This document shows, piece after piece, positions 14,401 through 29,400 of a stretch of DNA of 64,000 nt. The position numbers and the translations under genes were made by a program. The notes below the pieces were generated by a model, which was not told the DNA's origin, ran no database searches, and saw nothing but the letters and a program-made list of their open reading frames with translations. How positions within the stretch are numbered: position 1 is the stretch's first letter; every line of letters starts with the position of its first letter. The DNA is taken from assembly GCA_051294905.1 (NCBI GenBank), contig CM119378.1, positions 3,412,001 through 3,476,000 of the forward strand. The letters are read 5' to 3'. Origin of the DNA: Botryllus schlosseri (Eukaryota).

Positions 14401-17400
14401 CTATTCCAAATTTATTCGGTTAGCTAGTACCGCATTAATGAAACGCAGTTGATGGCAAGTATATCAACCTACGGTTTCTTGCCAGTTTCGGATTTGGATA
14501 GATAAGAACTAGATAAACCGGATTTCGATCCATGAAATTCAGCTTGCTCGTATACAGTTACACGTTGGCATTTCATTTCAGCAGCGAACAGGATTAAAAG
14601 ATACAATCTGAAGATTGGTGAACTGTTGTGACATTTGAATTCATGAATATAAATCCCCAATGTGTTATAAAACTATTAGGAAATTACTTCTCATTATGAT
14701 ATTCGCCAGGGTTGGTTGTACGTTTGAATAGGTACGAACAGTCGATGGCGTACCATGAATTGCCTTCCGGCGTTAAGTATCGGGTGCATCGGCAGCTTCA
14801 GTTAAGGTAGAGAGAGCTCAAAAATATTATGATTCACAGCTCTTACTTGCAAGCCCGAATACACAAGCGTGCCGAACGGTCAGGTCGACTGCACGAGACG
14901 AAACTTTGTCGGAAGCGTGTGCACTTTCGTGTGCAACTCGGGTCACGTCATGGACGGCCACCCGATGGCAACTTGCTCCTCTTCGCAAAACTGGGACAAC
15001 CAGCCCCCCAAGTGCATCCCGATGACTTGCCCGCCTCCCATGATTCCTCCTACCTTTGGAACAGTCTCATGCTCCAACTTGGACCGATTGGGCAGCGTGT
15101 GCTCGTAAGTATATCAGTCAAACAAGACTATACTGGTACTACGCACTCAAGATGTTACGAGTTTAGACTATACTTCCTCTTGCAGTTAACAGTTCTCAGT
15201 TCTTAGGTATAACTATATAGGCCTATAGAATTACTTGATTAGTTACTTACTTACTTACTGCCTTTACTTGTACTCCAGTAGAAATTTACGCTACATCTAC
15301 TTCTACTGCTACTAGAGTATCAGCGATGACTATCTTGACCGGATCAGACAGTTAGGCATGCCATCATGATTTCTCCAAAGAAGTAGAAAAACTTCGTCAC
15401 TGACTATATATGTTGTTATACAAATTCCTAAATTCAGTGGCTATAGTTGATGAAATTGAAACATGCTGAAATAATGGTTTAAAAAGGTTTTCCAACAAAT
15501 TGCCTCTTCCGTCATACCTTCTTGATTGTAATTGCAAACATTTTTGGACGTTCTCTACAACATTTGAGCATTTCTACATGCGAAGATCTGTCGCAATATT
15601 TACGGCGCTAGTTCGAATATAGCCGACCTACTGAATCAGTGTCGAACATCGTGACTGCTGTATATAATTTCAATGATATTTCGTGTAAACAATTTCACTG
15701 GCTGGTTGAAACAATTGTTAGGTTGCCTCCAAAACGCTGCACACAAAACTTGACTCAGTTCTAACCGGCGAATCGAAGATATTAGTGTATAAAATTTTGC
15801 ATTCATTAAAAAAATCCCCAATTTCCCCTGAAATTATTAGCTTACCAAAAGATACATAACCAATTTGTTTCAACTTCAACACTTAGAAACGCAGTGATTG
15901 GAGCTGAAAATGTTGGATTTCAAATAAATGGTATTCATGCGGTAGGAAATCCCATCATTTAGCAATGCCGAAGTATTGTTGTCTGTCAGTATGTCATATT
16001 TGGTGATACAATTGTTAATATACGATGTTCTCTTAAATTCTCTATACTAGTTTCTGACGATTACTCATGACGGTTGTCAGCCGAAAATATTCGGGTTTAC
16101 TTCAATATGAATATATTATTAAATTCTCCGTATTTTGTTGTTTGTGGTATTCATGGTGTTTTAGACTACAATGGCCGTTTACAACAGGCCGATATTCTTT
16201 GCTCTGATTCCGCATCTGCCGCGACTTGTAGCACGGCCTACTTCTAGGCTTTTTTGAGACACCGCTTACGCGGATTATTAGCAATGCCCATTAATTGTTG
16301 GAATGCTTATTTGCACGCCTATGCTTGAAGATCTTATGTTTTCTAGTTTCGCTTGCGAGAACGGATATTCTCTCCTCGGAGCGCCCACATCAACTTGCGC
16401 AGATGACGGCAATGGTGATCGATTCGGTAGATGGTCAAACCCCGTCCCGAAATGCGGCATGTTAGTCTGCCAGCCGCAAAGTCGCAACCCCACCAACGGC
16501 AAAGTAGACTGTACCAACGCCAACAATGGTGGCAGCGTCTGCTCGTAAGTATAGCGCTTGTGCCGTAGCGAATGTGTTTGTGTGATGTGGTGTTATCTGT
16601 GGTCAGATACACGTGTAACGGAAAATACTCGATCGTGGGATCGCCCAGCCGAGTTTGCGAAGATGATGGAGATGGTGATTCCGTAGGACGTTGGTCCGCG
16701 CGGGAGCCTACTTGTCAACGTAAGTTGCAGATTTGGACAATTAGATAATTCTAGTTTTTTTAATTTGACTAACTATAAAGCCGTGGTGTCAAACATACGG
16801 CCCGCCATACCATTTCATCCGGCCCGCGGAGCAATTCTGAGTAGATTGAAACATGCTTATATTATCCAGCACATCTCTAAGATAAGTTGAGATTTTTCGT
16901 AGGAAATATTTCAAATCAATAATCCCCCAAGACAGTAAATGTCGAGCATGTCCGTAGGCCACATTATTACGACCCGATTGCAGTGTTGTCTCATAGTTGA
17001 CTCATAGTTACCATTAGGAACAAGTCTGTTAAGGCAATAAGTCCACACTAAGATCAGAGTTTCATGGAAAATTAGACCAAAAACATGGTCTAATATTCAC
17101 AGAAGCGAAAACGCCAATGTGAAACCGCTATGTGCAGTTTACATGTAGAATATATTTAGTTGTACAAAAACATAATTTAAATATGTGGTTGCAATGCGGG
17201 GTCACTTCCGATTCAAAAGGTGCCCAGCCTCCAGACAAACCCGAATCGCGATTTAAGATTTATAATAAATCAAATTCCAACCTCCGCATTTACAGTTCAA
17301 TCTCTTGTATTCCTCACTCCTCATACGCAGGTCTAACGCCAGATTATGACAAAAGGAGAAGGAGCATAGAAATATACCAACTTATATCGTCGTTAGCGCC

Positions 17401-20400
17401 AGTGTTTTAGCAGCGGTTCATATCCGTATTCAACCGGTCAATCATGGTATTGTTGCCAATTCCATTGTCCACGAATAAAAGTGTTGCTATTACTTGCTAG
17501 AATGAAACCCCTATGATCCGTGATGCAATATACTGTCATCTCTATATATACTTGATAATAAAGTATTCAAGTGAAAAGATATGGCATGAGGTAACATTTT
17601 CGAATAAGTTGACTAGTGCGGCCCGCGAGCGATTTGAAGGTTCGAATCCGGCCCGCGACGCAATTTGAGTTTGACAACCCTGAACTAAAGCGAAATGCTG
17701 ATAATCTAATTTGTTAAATGTTTCCTCGATCCAATTCTAATTCTAATCACATTTGTGAAATGTTTATATGTTCTCATTTTCATTCTATTCTAATTTCTGG
17801 TTTTTCTGAAAATGCTACAGGAGAACTGTATAGTGCGAAACGAGCTAATCTTGCTGTGCATGCATTCGCCATGCTCGCGCTTGAGAGAAAGAATTCTGAC
17901 TTAATATGAACTAAACTTAATTCGATTTCCAAGTTTTTTCGGAATTCTGTAATTCTAATTCTGATATAGTTAGGAAAAAAATGTGTAGCTATAATCCTAA
18001 TTTTAATCTAATTTGGAAAGAAATTAGAAGTAGACGTGACGCCGTCGATTTTTACTCAAAAGTAAGTATTCTACGCATAGTTCTTCCTAAAAACTGAAAA
18101 CTGCCAGAAGTAGAAGTAGCAAATATGGGGTTCTCCGAAGGCGTGCAGATTAGCGTAAGGGTTCACTAGTCTATCAAAGCACGACTGGTTTGAATTCAAG
18201 ACGTCCAGACGTGCATATATACGAAACTTCATTCTTCAATCCTCCGTACGATCGCAGGCATCAGATGTACCCCACCGCGTTCCTCGCCAATGAACGGACA
18301 GGTCACGTGCTCGGACCAGAACTTCCTCGGCAGCAAATGCACATACATTTGCAACGACGGACACAACTTGATTCCTCGAGAGTCACGAGAAACCAATTGC
18401 GTCGACGACGGAAATGGCGACGCCAAGGGACAATGGGATCAGCCCACACCAGTCTGTCTACGTAAGTTAAAATTGGTCTTATTTTTGTGTTGCTACTGTA
18501 TAGGCCTAACATATGTCCTCCTTTAATGAGGATTTGTTTTCTTTTCCCAAGAAAAGTGAATGGTCCTCCGATGACGCTCTAAAATGCACAAATGTCCCCA
18601 TTTTTGCATTTTGAGTTGGTTTGTTACACTTTCAGCAAGACTTTTAGGCGTGTCGTTGTATTTATTTCCAAAAACAATATCCATGAAACAAGCTGAATTA
18701 TTGGTTTAAAAAAGGCTTTCCAAGAAATATCCGTAACAGCGCTATCTTCGTGAATTTTATTGCAAACATTTTTCTTCGACTTTTTCTGCCACATCCGGGG
18801 CCTTTTTTCATGCGAGGATCTGTCGTATTTTTTCTGGCGGAAGTTCGAACTTGACCGACATATTGGATCATTGTCGAACGTCTTGACGGCTGTATATAAT
18901 TTCAATGGTATTTCGTGTAAACAATTTCACGAACTCGTTAAAAATGTCCATTCCTTATTGGAAAAGGTTAAGGGAACCGCATAGTATTCATGAGTTGAAT
19001 CTGGAAAAATGATCTGTTGTCTTTGTGTCTGTTTTTATTACTCTAGCCTGCATCTGCCTAGGAAATACAGAACATCATTAACCTCAAACACAACAATTCA
19101 ACTTTCATTTCTTTTTGGGTGCTAAAAATAGGGTATGCCTGCTATTGCATGGTAATCACGTTTTATACCTTTTCAGCCGGCGAGTGCTTGCCGGTTATGA
19201 GTAGTCCAGTCAACGGACGAGTTTCATGCAGCGACGGTAACGCGGTGCGAAGCGTCTGTCGATTTACATGCGACGAGGGATACTACATGAAATCCGTAGG
19301 AGGACTTGAATATGAGGTATCGTGTTTTGATGCTTCGTCGTCACGCCCTAACTAGATTAGAATTAAAATATAACTACACATTTTTCCGAATTAGATTAAA
19401 ACTGCTGAATTCGTAAAAACTTGGAACTTAACTTCCGAAATAGACAGAAATGCAACAAAAATCTAGTTCAGTTCATACCAAATCAAAGTTCACAGTCATT
19501 AGCACGAGAATGGAAAATGTATGTGCAGGTGCACTAAGGTTTTAATTTTTACTAGCTATTCGATAAAATTGTTTGCGGTAGAAAATTCCTCAATTATTTT
19601 GTAGTATTATGTACTAGTCAAGCAACCGTAATTATCTAGCTGTCCAAGTCTGGTCACGCCTCTGCTGACTTATTGGCTGTACCTTATAGCTTTACCGTGC
19701 CAATTTGTTCCTCTCGCGTCAGCATTGCTTGGAGCTGCTGCTATTGGTTACCATACCTTGTACTTCCTGCTTAGGTCGCCAGCGTAGATGTCATCTGCAG
19801 ACGGGACAATACTTGGTCGCAACAACCTCCCACTTGCGAACCTATCACCTGTGTACCGCCTCACGCGTAAGTATACCATATAGTTTCGATGTCATCCTAC
19901 ACCCTTGATATTCTAGTTCTGATTCTGTCCAAATCATGCATTTGATACTACTGAAGTCCTTAACGCAGTCACGTTGTGAATTGTAGTAAAGTGACTTATA
20001 ATCGTGATGTAGATGCGATTACTTCATGTTATGAATTGGTGTATCATTCCACTCACAAGCAATCTAAACCAGTGGTTCCCAACCTTTTTGTCTTCATTCC
20101 CCACTTCAGATTTATTCCGAGCCTTCATTCCCCACCAGGACCGTAACAGCACTTTTACAGCCCCGCCAATAAACGTTGGTCTTGGACCCCCAGAACCCCC
20201 TCAGCCCGCTGAGCCTGTACGCCTTTTCCCTGCAACTTATCAGTTACATTGGGTCTACTGTTTAGTGCGTCGCCTTATTTTGACTAAACGCGCGAAGCGT
20301 GAAAAATTTATATAATTCGTGTTTTGAATCGGCCAATATGATCGGGAATCGCACATATTTTGCTATCAATTTTTTAGCCCCTCTCTGCTCACGTAATCAG

Positions 20401-23400
20401 ATTTGCCGGTAGAGCTGAGTGAGGTGTGTTGGAAGAGGTAGGACCCCTAAATAAGAATGGAACATCTTCGGGCGGACCAGTTGGTATATTGACTTCGTTA
20501 CATTATGCTATTTCGTGACCTCCTATCTGCTATGTTAAAAGTTATGGAAATCGCCAAAACTAAAAGGCACACACGATTTCAAATTGGTATTGCTTAAGTG
20601 GCAAATAATTTTTCCCTGCTGGATGGCATTTGCCTAGTGGGGTTCAGATCGCCAGAACAGGAACATTCGGCGCCAGCCATTTAGCCAATTAAACATGTAT
20701 GTATATTGTATATACATTGAAGTTTTGGGTCACCATAAGGGCATTCCTTCTCGGCCAAGGTCTTCTCGCTGCTGATCGTTCTGGCACACTTCTCGGAGTT
20801 GCATGTTACATGGCCTATAACTTCATATGCCTTGGTGCGTCGTGGCGCAGTATTGGCCGACGCCGAAGTATCTATTTCTATAAATTCTACGTATTTTCCT
20901 GGGGGTAGGGTACCCAATAATCAGATATTCGGCAATATTAAATCGCGGGGGGGTGCGGCAGTTACGGTCCTATTCCCCACTACCCAGCACTTTGTCATCA
21001 CAGAGCAGCTATATTTGCAGGTTTGACTACAAGACACACAACCACACCAGTACGCAAGACAATCGCCTATAACTGCATCATAAAACGTATTGTGAACCGA
21101 TACCAGTAACGCTCAAAATTTCGCGATAGCGTGATCTCACGTCAAACTGGTCGTGCTGGATGCGTTTGTGACGCCATGATTGGCCATCCAGAGTTAAGAA
21201 TGAGGTTTTGTGAACAACACACAATATAATTTTCGATACATACATTCCAGAGCATTTAACTGGTAACGGTAATTGCGCATGTGTCTCCGTGAATATGTAG
21301 ACTGTCCTCTATATAATTTTGAACAAATGCGTCTATTCCCCACCAGAAACCATTGAATTCCCCACCAGTGGGGAATTCGCCACCGTTTGGGAACCACTGA
21401 TCTAAACAGTTTGGCTTCAATGTAAGCCTTACGTAAGCGCATAATCATAACACAGCAGTGTCGCTTAGCGCTTATACTGTTACGTCATAAGTGACAATAA
21501 ACTAACCTATCCTGCTAAACTAGTCATCTACAAAACCTACAAAACCTGATTCTCGTATCAATAGAAGAATTTCTTACTGGACTTCAGACTATCCTTTTCC
21601 CAGAATATATCAACTTACTAACTACTTTGATTTAAACGAACAGAGCGCTTACAAAATTGCTGCGACTTTGACAGTGACACAGACGACAAAATCGTGACTT
21701 GTACCGACTCGAACAACTACCGCTCTGTTTGTACTTGGGAATGCCGAGACGGAAGCCCGATCAGGGGTCAGACAGAAAGCGAGTGTCTCGATAACGGCGG
21801 TTCCAAATATGGACAGTGGAGTCCCGCTAAACCTTTCAACTTCTGCGAAGGTATGTGATTTTTTTTTAATTCCAGAAAGTTGTGGTAGTTATTCACGAAT
21901 CACGATCATCATGTTACAGCTGTTGTTTGCCAACCACCTCAAATCAACCCACAGAACGGCGTCGTGCTGTGCAGCAACGGAAATGCAGTTTTGAGCACGT
22001 GCACCTTCACCTGCAACCCAGGATATTACATGTTAAGCGCCGATTCGCAACCAGTCCTCCTCGGACAACAAGCCATCGACTGTGGTCGCGACGGTCTATG
22101 GTCGGAAGACCCGCCCACTTGCCAGCCGGTCATTTGCCTGCCGAAATATTCGTAAGTATAATAGCGTGCGAACGCCGTGCTGTTGCTATAACGATGTGTA
22201 TATTTTCAGCAACCCAGAAAACGGCTTCGTGAGCTGCAGTCTCGACAATAGATACAGTTCCGTATGTTCTTTCCGATGCAAGGAAGGTTATGAACTTGTG
22301 GGACAACCGAGCAGTGAATGCCAGGACAGCGCGCCCGGTGATGAATTCGGAGACTGGAGCAACCCGGCGCCCATTTGCCAACGTAAGATTAACCTACAGT
22401 CGAATTCGACTCCTTAGAACGAAATGCTGGTAATGTAATCGGTGAAATGTTTCTGTGCTGTATATCTGATATTAATGATAATGCTGCAGGAGAACTGTGT
22501 AGTGCGAAACGAGCCAAGCTTGTACCGATTCTTGTCATTCTCATACTGATGGGAATGACCTCTAATTTGATACGATTTCTAATATATTTTTTCATATGTC
22601 GGAATCTTATTCAATTTCCAAGCTTGTGCGGCATCAGTACTTCAAATTCTAATCTAATTGTAAAAAACTGTAATTCGAAAGCTATAATTCTAATTCTAAT
22701 GTAGTTTGTAAAAGCTCGAAGTATTCAACTCTGCTAATCACACACCATTCTATCTATTCAGCCGCCGCGTGCAGCCCCGCCCTTGTCGCGCCCACCCACG
22801 GCAGCATGTCATGCTCCAACGGAGCCACTTTCGGCAGCGTCTGCAGCTTCGCGTGCGACGCAGGCTACTACATGTTGAGCCCGTCCGACGACGCTGTTAG
22901 CGCGAACCAATGGGACAGTCTGTGTAAAGCTGACGGTACCTGGTCTGATCCAGAACCAACTTGCGAGCCGATCTACTGTCTCCCAGAACAAACGTGAGAG
23001 CGTACAGGTTTTGGTGACCTTGCAAAAGCAATTCAACAGTTTCTTAGAGATGTGCGGGTTGTGGCTTTCCGGATCCGAATCTATTCTTGTTTCATAAAAA
23101 GGAATCCTGATCCCTTTTCCGCTATGCGTATCATTATTGTTATATCAAGCTATGCTCATTCCAATAGTCTACAAGTCGCTGACGATTACCCTTGACGAGT
23201 GTCAGCCGAACATATTCGGGTTTATTTTAATATCAACTTATTCAACATATTATTCTGAAGCAGAGGTCACCAACCTTTTTGAAACCAAGAGCTACTTCGT
23301 CGGTTCTGATTACCAGCTACCAGTTACTCCCGCCGTTTATCCGTGTTCAGGTGGATTTCTTCGCTTAGACATTCTGAGCACTGGGCAGGGTTTCCGCCCC

Positions 23401-26400
23401 TTACCAAGAACATATAACCCACACTCACCGGCACTCGTACCAGCGTCTCCGCGCTCATTTGCGTTGCCGGGTCGAGACCAGGGAATATTAACTAGATACC
23501 CGTTAAGACTCCGCGTGGGCGAAGACGAGCAACCCCGATCGAAAGCCGCGTCCGTATATTCCTTAGCTTCGACTGACCCATGTTCAACAGCTGTTCATAT
23601 GAAACCCTTCTCCGTTTCGTCTTTCAAATATTTTATTTGAATATTTGCTACTGCTACCGCAGGCGACGCATTTGGTTCTCGCGGGCGACCGGTCTCCCGT
23701 ATGCACCGAGATGTTGACCCCGGTAATCTGACGTATATTGAAGTGCTGTACCTCGATGAATCCGGATGAAAAAAAACTATGCTAAACACTCAGCATCCGT
23801 TGCCAATGTCGTCGATATTTTTAAACTGTACCTGAGCAATGCATTGAAGTTTGAAATATTGGTGCAATGTAGTTCAATTTCGTACCATACGTCGACGTAT
23901 ACAAACAGAGAGCCCATTTCATCCACTAGAAATCGACAATTCTGTCCTGAATCGGATCCGGCATTCTGGCAAAAAATTTAAATCCGGATCCGACTATGCT
24001 TCAGAAAAACTTGCCGGATTCCTGTCCGGTTAGAATACTGATCCTGTATATATTTTCAAGTTACGCACTGTAATTACAGCCCGCCAAGGAACGGAGAAGT
24101 ATCGTGCACAGACAGCAACAACTACCAGTCCAGATGTACATTCACTTGCAACGCCGGATACAGACCATCGAAACCTAAGACCACCACAGATTGTTTGGAT
24201 GACGGCAGCGGCGACGCTCTGGGATACTGGTCCGATCCTAAGCCTACTTGCATCCGTATGTATTATTATTAGTATAGGGCCGGACATATTCGAGTCTACT
24301 TTGAGTCATTCTAGTTTGAAGCGAGTGCCAGTCTTCGAGTCGAGTACGCGAGTATCACTCATTATGACGTCACAACCGTTTAAATGACGCGGGAAGCTCA
24401 AATATGTATGCTTACGCGATCACAAAGACTATAATGCCAATTCTACATCATATTAAAGCAGGGGTCACCAACACGCGACCCGCGCTCTGATTTGAGATTT
24501 CGGGAGAACAATAAGTAAATTGTTTAGAAATGCTGAAATTTATTTCAGTTTCAAATGTTGTTGTTGTAGTTTGAAAATAAGCTATTCTCCTGTCAGCCGA
24601 TATAAACGGGCATATCGCCTTGAAGTTCAATGACCCAGATACTACCAAGACCAAGACGCTTAGAGCATTCCCACAAGATCAAGCTTAAGTAGGAGGTGGT
24701 CTTTCAGTTGTACTAACGTGTCTCACCAGCCCCAATATTGATTCCTTAGGGCTTAGTCGATGGAAAGCGTTGTCGAGTCTCGTGCACGGCTCATAGTTCA
24801 AAATGAAACTAAAGTGATCAAAATGATATTTCTTGTACTTTGTATTGCTGCTTTTGTGGTAACTATTGACAGTCGCCGACGTTTGGGGGCGCAGCGTTGT
24901 ACTGGCGTGAAGTTTAAAAAAACGTGGTTGCTAAACTGTATGGCATTTATGTCTCAATGTTGCATTCTCGCAGCCCGCGGCTTCCACGAAATTTGAAAGT
25001 GGCCGCCACCTTTTCTGAGTTGGCGACCCCCGCATTCAAGATTACTTTGTATTTTTTCGATCATACCTATTTTGTGACAATCCTGTAGGTTGATTACGAC
25101 GTCGCAAGTAATTTTCAACAACGTGTACTACCTTTCGTGTCCTGGCATACGACCAATCGAGATTTACGGCGATCCATAAGAGAAAATGCTATCGAGACTA
25201 TAATTCCGTCCGACAAATCAACTCTCGGTGACAAGAAGCGTATAATCTCAGTACCAGAATAAAACATATTTCACCACGCGACCTCAATCATAAGAATTGA
25301 TTGATACTCGATTCCGATCAGAGCAGATCATTGTGCACCGCCCGATGAGACACGTACACGCGCACTTACTCTCACTAACGTCGTAAATCTTTACAGCGAG
25401 AGCATGCTCACCCCCTCAAACCGCTCCGGCCAACGGCAAAGTGTCTTGCACCAACGCGGCCAACTTCGGTAGCGTCTGCACCTTCACTTGTAACAAGGGT
25501 TTCTACCAGACCACCTCGACGGGAGACATCGTGAGAAGCAATGACTTGAGAACCGAATGCTTGTCAACCAACGATTGGAGCCGACCGCCAGCGAGATGCT
25601 TACCAATCACCTGCTTCCCGCCTCATCAGTAAGGATAGAATCTGAAACATCGTAGATGTATTTCCGCTAACCTAGGCTTACCATATGTCTTATTTTATTA
25701 GGACTTCTCCTATTTCCTCCGAAAATGCCTGAAAATGCCCAAATGTCTTCTCTTCTAGTATTTGGAGCTAGTTGCAATGCATATACATATACTATAATGC
25801 TTTCCGACATATTACCCTACGAATCCTACCTTCTTCATTGATATTGCAAACATCGTTCGACGTTATCTCTGCGCCTTGTTACATGAAAATATCAGTCACA
25901 TCATTTCCTGGCGCAAATGCGAACTTACCAGGTCTATTAGTTGGATAAGTTGGACCCTCCTGACGGTTGTGTATAATCTCGATGCTATTTTGTGTAATCA
26001 ATTTCACAAACTCGTTAGGTAAATGATGATTCCTCATTGGAGAAAATGAAGGGAATCGCGAAGTGTTCATGGGCTGAATCTGAAAAAATAAATCTCAATT
26101 GTTATTTTTGGTTACGTTATCTTGGCTGTGTTTTTGTAACGTTTGCCTGCAACTACCAAGGAAATGTAGAACATCATTAGACTCAAACATAACAATTCTA
26201 CTTTTACTAGCCGTGATAAAATTGTCCTCTTTTTTGGTGCTGAAAATATATGGCAAGCCTTCGCTAACTGTAACATGTTATGGCGCAGAGCTCCCGACGA
26301 TGGCAGTGTGTCTTGCACTAACACGAACCTCTACCTGTCGGTCTGCTCGTTCCGATGCAAAGCTGGGTACGAGATCATCGGAGAACCGAAGAGTACTTGT

Positions 26401-29400
26401 GAAGATGATGGCAATGGTGATGAAAATGGCGAATGGTCCACCCCACCACCGATGTGCTCACGTAAGTAACATAAACTTAAAATCTCGTATTTCCTAATAG
26501 GTGCTCAGTAACGAATCGCTTCACATTTTTCGGGAACTAAAATAGGTTTGGCCTATACGTGACTCTGCTTACCCAAGGTGTTATGTTTTGAGACTACTTC
26601 GTCTTCTACTTGAACTGCTTTTAGGCAAGACTGATCACTCTTTACATTGGGATCCTGAAAAGTATGTCGTAGTGTTATAGGATAAGCATCACCTTCGGAA
26701 GTTAAATTGTCAGAAGAACCGCCCGAAATAGTTCCTATATGGCTATATCATGGTAAAAAAATTTTCATAACGCCCCCTGCCCCCTGGACTTCAAAGCAGG
26801 TATCAAACTCCATCATATCCCCCTCCTACTGAGAAAGTTGTTTAGTTCATTACAAAATCACTATGCATTGTCGATATGCGCTTATAACTTAACCCCCTCG
26901 TTGTACGTGCATTTGAAGGTGGACGCTCAATAAATGTCACTGAATATATAGTGTGTCCGTTGGTTGATTCATGGTTTGGCTAGTTAGAAAACTCAGTATT
27001 GCCTAGCAATGAACAACTGCGGACTACATTGGTGACGATATGAAGATTGAATTCACCTTGTACGGCCACGAACGACGTGTCCGCATATTTACAAATCTGA
27101 CTTTAGTGAACAGAGAGAACTACAAATTTAATGGCTTCTCCCAAACAGTTTCCCATCGTCGTAGCACCCACCTCTACTCTCAGCCCCCACCCCCCACCTC
27201 CCCCCCCCCAATGGCCCAATTTGCAGCTAGCGCCCCTTCAAGATCGCAAACGTTCCCGGAGGTTGCTGGGAGCTTGGCGCCCTCTCTGGGAATCACTAGG
27301 TTAATGTACAAGCCCTGAAAATTTAGTGTCCTGTGTCGGTTGGCGAGATCGATATATCATATAGTGTTCCTGTAGCCTAATCTTCAACGCTGACTAGTAT
27401 TAATTCAGTAGAATCTGCAATTTATTATGACTCCATCCATTACAGCAACCACTTGCAACCCGGCTCTGTCCCAACCGAACAACGGAAGAATCAGCTGTAC
27501 CAACAGGAACGTCTTCGGCAGCGTGTGCACCTTCGTCTGTGACGAGGGCTATTACATGAGCGCCGGCAGCAGGCCGATCCTTGGCAATTCTCTAGAGTCC
27601 GAATGCGGCCCAGGACGCAAATGGAGCAGATCCACACCGACTTGCAGACCGATCACTTGCAAGCCGCCCCACAGGTATGCGATCGCTGAGCAAAATCGAC
27701 TTGGACAACTAGAACATTTTCAGATTAGAAGTAGAATTATAGCTACACATTTTTTCCAACATTGACTATAGGATTAGAATTGTAGCAACACAGTTCTTTT
27801 TCAAATTAGATTATAATTAGAATAACTGAATTCGCAAAAACCTGGATATCTAATCAAATTCAGTTCATGTCGAATCACAGAGCTTCTTCCCATAAGCACA
27901 AGAATGGCAAATGTCTGTAAACCAAGCTTGACTCGTGTCTCACTATGCAGTTCTCCTGTAAACCGGAAAACCAGAAATTAGATTAGGATTAAAATTAGAG
28001 CGCAGAAACATTTCACAAATTAGATTATAATTAGAATTATAGAAAACAAACATTCTAAAAATTAGCTCTGAATTAGATTACCGCCTCGAATCATTGTGCC
28101 GAGTCTCGGATAAAATTAGGTATTCACGGTGGGGTTGCATTTGAAACAAATGGTTGTTTAAAACAGTGTTTTAAACAAAAAGTTGTGTTTTTTCAAGTTG
28201 TAGAATTATGCCATAATTTTGAAAATACTTTCCAACATGTAGTATGAGCCTACGGACGATTTGCACCCAATAATAGTCGACGTATACGATATGGAATGGT
28301 TGGAACCCTCAAAATAGTCAGCTCAACAGCTATAGCATGTAGGTAGATATATATCATTGGTACGGAACGAATGAAATGATGATGATGACTGCCGACCGTA
28401 AAAATGCTGCATGGCGATGTAGCCATGGTTAAGAATATTTTTAGTCCGTATATGACAGGGGTTGGAAGCCTTCGTCAGAGGAGCTGTATTTACCCTATAT
28501 TTTTAATTGTCAATGTCAATCGACTATGGCGTCAGGATTGAATATTCGTGAAGTCGTGACTTGAAAAAAAAACATATTTTAAACAAGGGCCTTGTTTTGA
28601 ATTGATTTCTGTTTTAAATGGAACCCTATTTCACGTCTAACGCTATTCTCTGTTACTATATCAGACGGCCGGCGAATGGAATCTTCGACTGCACCAACAG
28701 GAACTTTTACCGCTCGGAATGCACCTTCAGTTGTAACAAGGGCTACGTGCTGACGCCGGGCAGGGGCGGTTCGTTCGCGAACGAGCTCGGTCAAGTTGTC
28801 AGCGTGTGCGGAGAAGACGCGGTGCCGGGAGACGAGGACGGCGCGTGGACGGAACCACCTCCCACTTGCGAACGTGAGTACAGTCTCGAACTACACATCG
28901 TATGAATATGTGGATTGAAAATTCTAGTTGTATTATTAGACCAATTTGAGCGAAATACTAAAACTAATCTGATTTGGAAAAGGTTTCTATGCTCTAATCA
29001 AAAGTCTAATCTAATTTCTGGTCTTCCTCAAAATGATGCAGGAGAGATGTATAGTGTGAATCGAGTCACGCTTAGTGTACAGGCATTTGTCATTCTCATA
29101 CTCGAGAATGCCCTCCGATTTGATATCAGCTGAACTCAATTCAAATTCCAAGTTTTCGCGAAATCAATAACTCTAATTCTACTTTAATTCGGAAAAAAAC
29201 ATGTGTAGCTATAATTCTAATCAAATTTGGGAAAACGTGTCTAGCTATAATTCCAATTCTAATCTAATTTGGAAAATGTATGTGTAGCTATAATTCCTAT
29301 CAGATTTGGAAAACATGTCTAGCTATAATTCCAATTGTAATCTAATTTGAACAAAACATGTGTAGCTATAATTCTAATTATAATCCAATTTGGAAAAAAC

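Noticed and set aside
23137..23640. 167-aa ORF resembling 'conserved hypothetical' proteins
   Set aside because: It is the antisense translation of the 28S rRNA fragment plus MITE sequence, a known source of spurious ORFs.
23321..23660. Functional rRNA gene
   Set aside because: Only ~340 bp, discontinuous and mutated, with no 18S/5.8S context.
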